A stretch of 63,780 bases of DNA, filler included, from Basidioascus undulatus (taxonomy: Eukaryota), in NCBI GenBank assembly GCA_000826855.1. It is 12 parts of 12 records of this genome, joined end to end, with 100 filler letters (N's around TTAATTAATTAA, not from the genome) between each part and the next. Parts side by side here need not be neighbours in the genome. Positions count along the whole stretch, not along the records: positions 60,316 to 63,780 come from JTLS01002410.1; 11 more parts are not named here. One strand, written 5' to 3'. This document shows positions 63,401-63,780 of the stretch, in pieces (the first letter of the stretch is position 1; every line of letters starts with the position of its first letter). The translations under genes and the position numbers were made by a program. The notes beneath the pieces were generated by a model that was not told where the DNA came from, made no database searches, and saw nothing but the letters and a program-made list of their open reading frames with translations.

Positions 63401-63780
63401 ATGGCCCCACCCGCCGTCGCTGCGGCGCCAGCCGACAGCGACTCCTCGTCCTTGCCTCCCCCGCCGCCGTCCTCAAGCACCAGCACGCCCCCGACCTCTC
63501 CCCACGCCCCAGCGCCCGCAGCGCACCTCACGCCCCCTCCCTCGTCCTCCTCCATCCCCTCGCCGAACTCCTCCCGCTCGTCCTCGCCCGTCCCCCCGCC
63601 TCGCTCATCCTCCATCAACGCCCTCCCGCCCGAAGTGCTCACCAAGAAGCGGCGCCCGCGCCCGCCCAAGAAGGGCATCCTCAAGCCACCGCCCGCGCCC
63701 GCGTCCCGCTTCCCATTTCTCCCCCCCATCGGCGGGATCGGCGCCATCGGAGGCCTCTTCGATCGCATCACCCCGCAGGA
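63401..63780 (+). CDS. 5' part of a Pro/Ser-rich protein with a KKGILK motif, partial
   Basis: ATG at 63401, open to the window end: MAPPAVAAAPADS...KKRRPRPPKKGILKPPP; GC3 bias. Confidence 0.55.
   Translation, partial: MAPPAVAAAPADSDSSSLPPPPPSSSTSTPPTSPHAPAPAAHLTPPPSSSSIPSPNSSRSSSPVPPPRSSSINALPPEVLTKKRRPRPPKKGILKPPPAPASRFPFLPPIGGIGAIGGLFDRITPQ

Overview
Intron-rich, GC-rich basidiomycete fungal nuclear DNA, most compatible with a Pucciniomycotina-type genome (inference). The window is not one locus. It is a >24 kb contig followed by ten complete ~3.5 kb contigs and the start of another, joined by artificial 100-bp N44-TTAATTAATTAA-N44 linkers, so adjacency across gaps means nothing. The main biological feature is a mating-type HD locus: a divergent HD1/HD2 homeodomain pair whose 424-bp shared promoter carries a duplicated ~35-bp element with HMG-box (pheromone-response-element-like) sites. 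Other genes: S10 serine carboxypeptidase plus a decayed partial duplicate, thiolase, BolA, DUF6533 membrane protein, GNAT-Mss4 fusion, COX VIIc, Yip1, PIN-domain protein, an HMA-domain fragment, MRF1, SmD3, DIP2/UTP12, SFM1, BRO1, a stand-alone LigD 3'-phosphoesterase, TFIIF-alpha and a GH16 glucanase. There are also several pseudogenes (phytase, MYND finger, two F-box-like) and a candidate spliced uORF. Gene models were spliced by eye. Family names come from motif recognition, not database searches.
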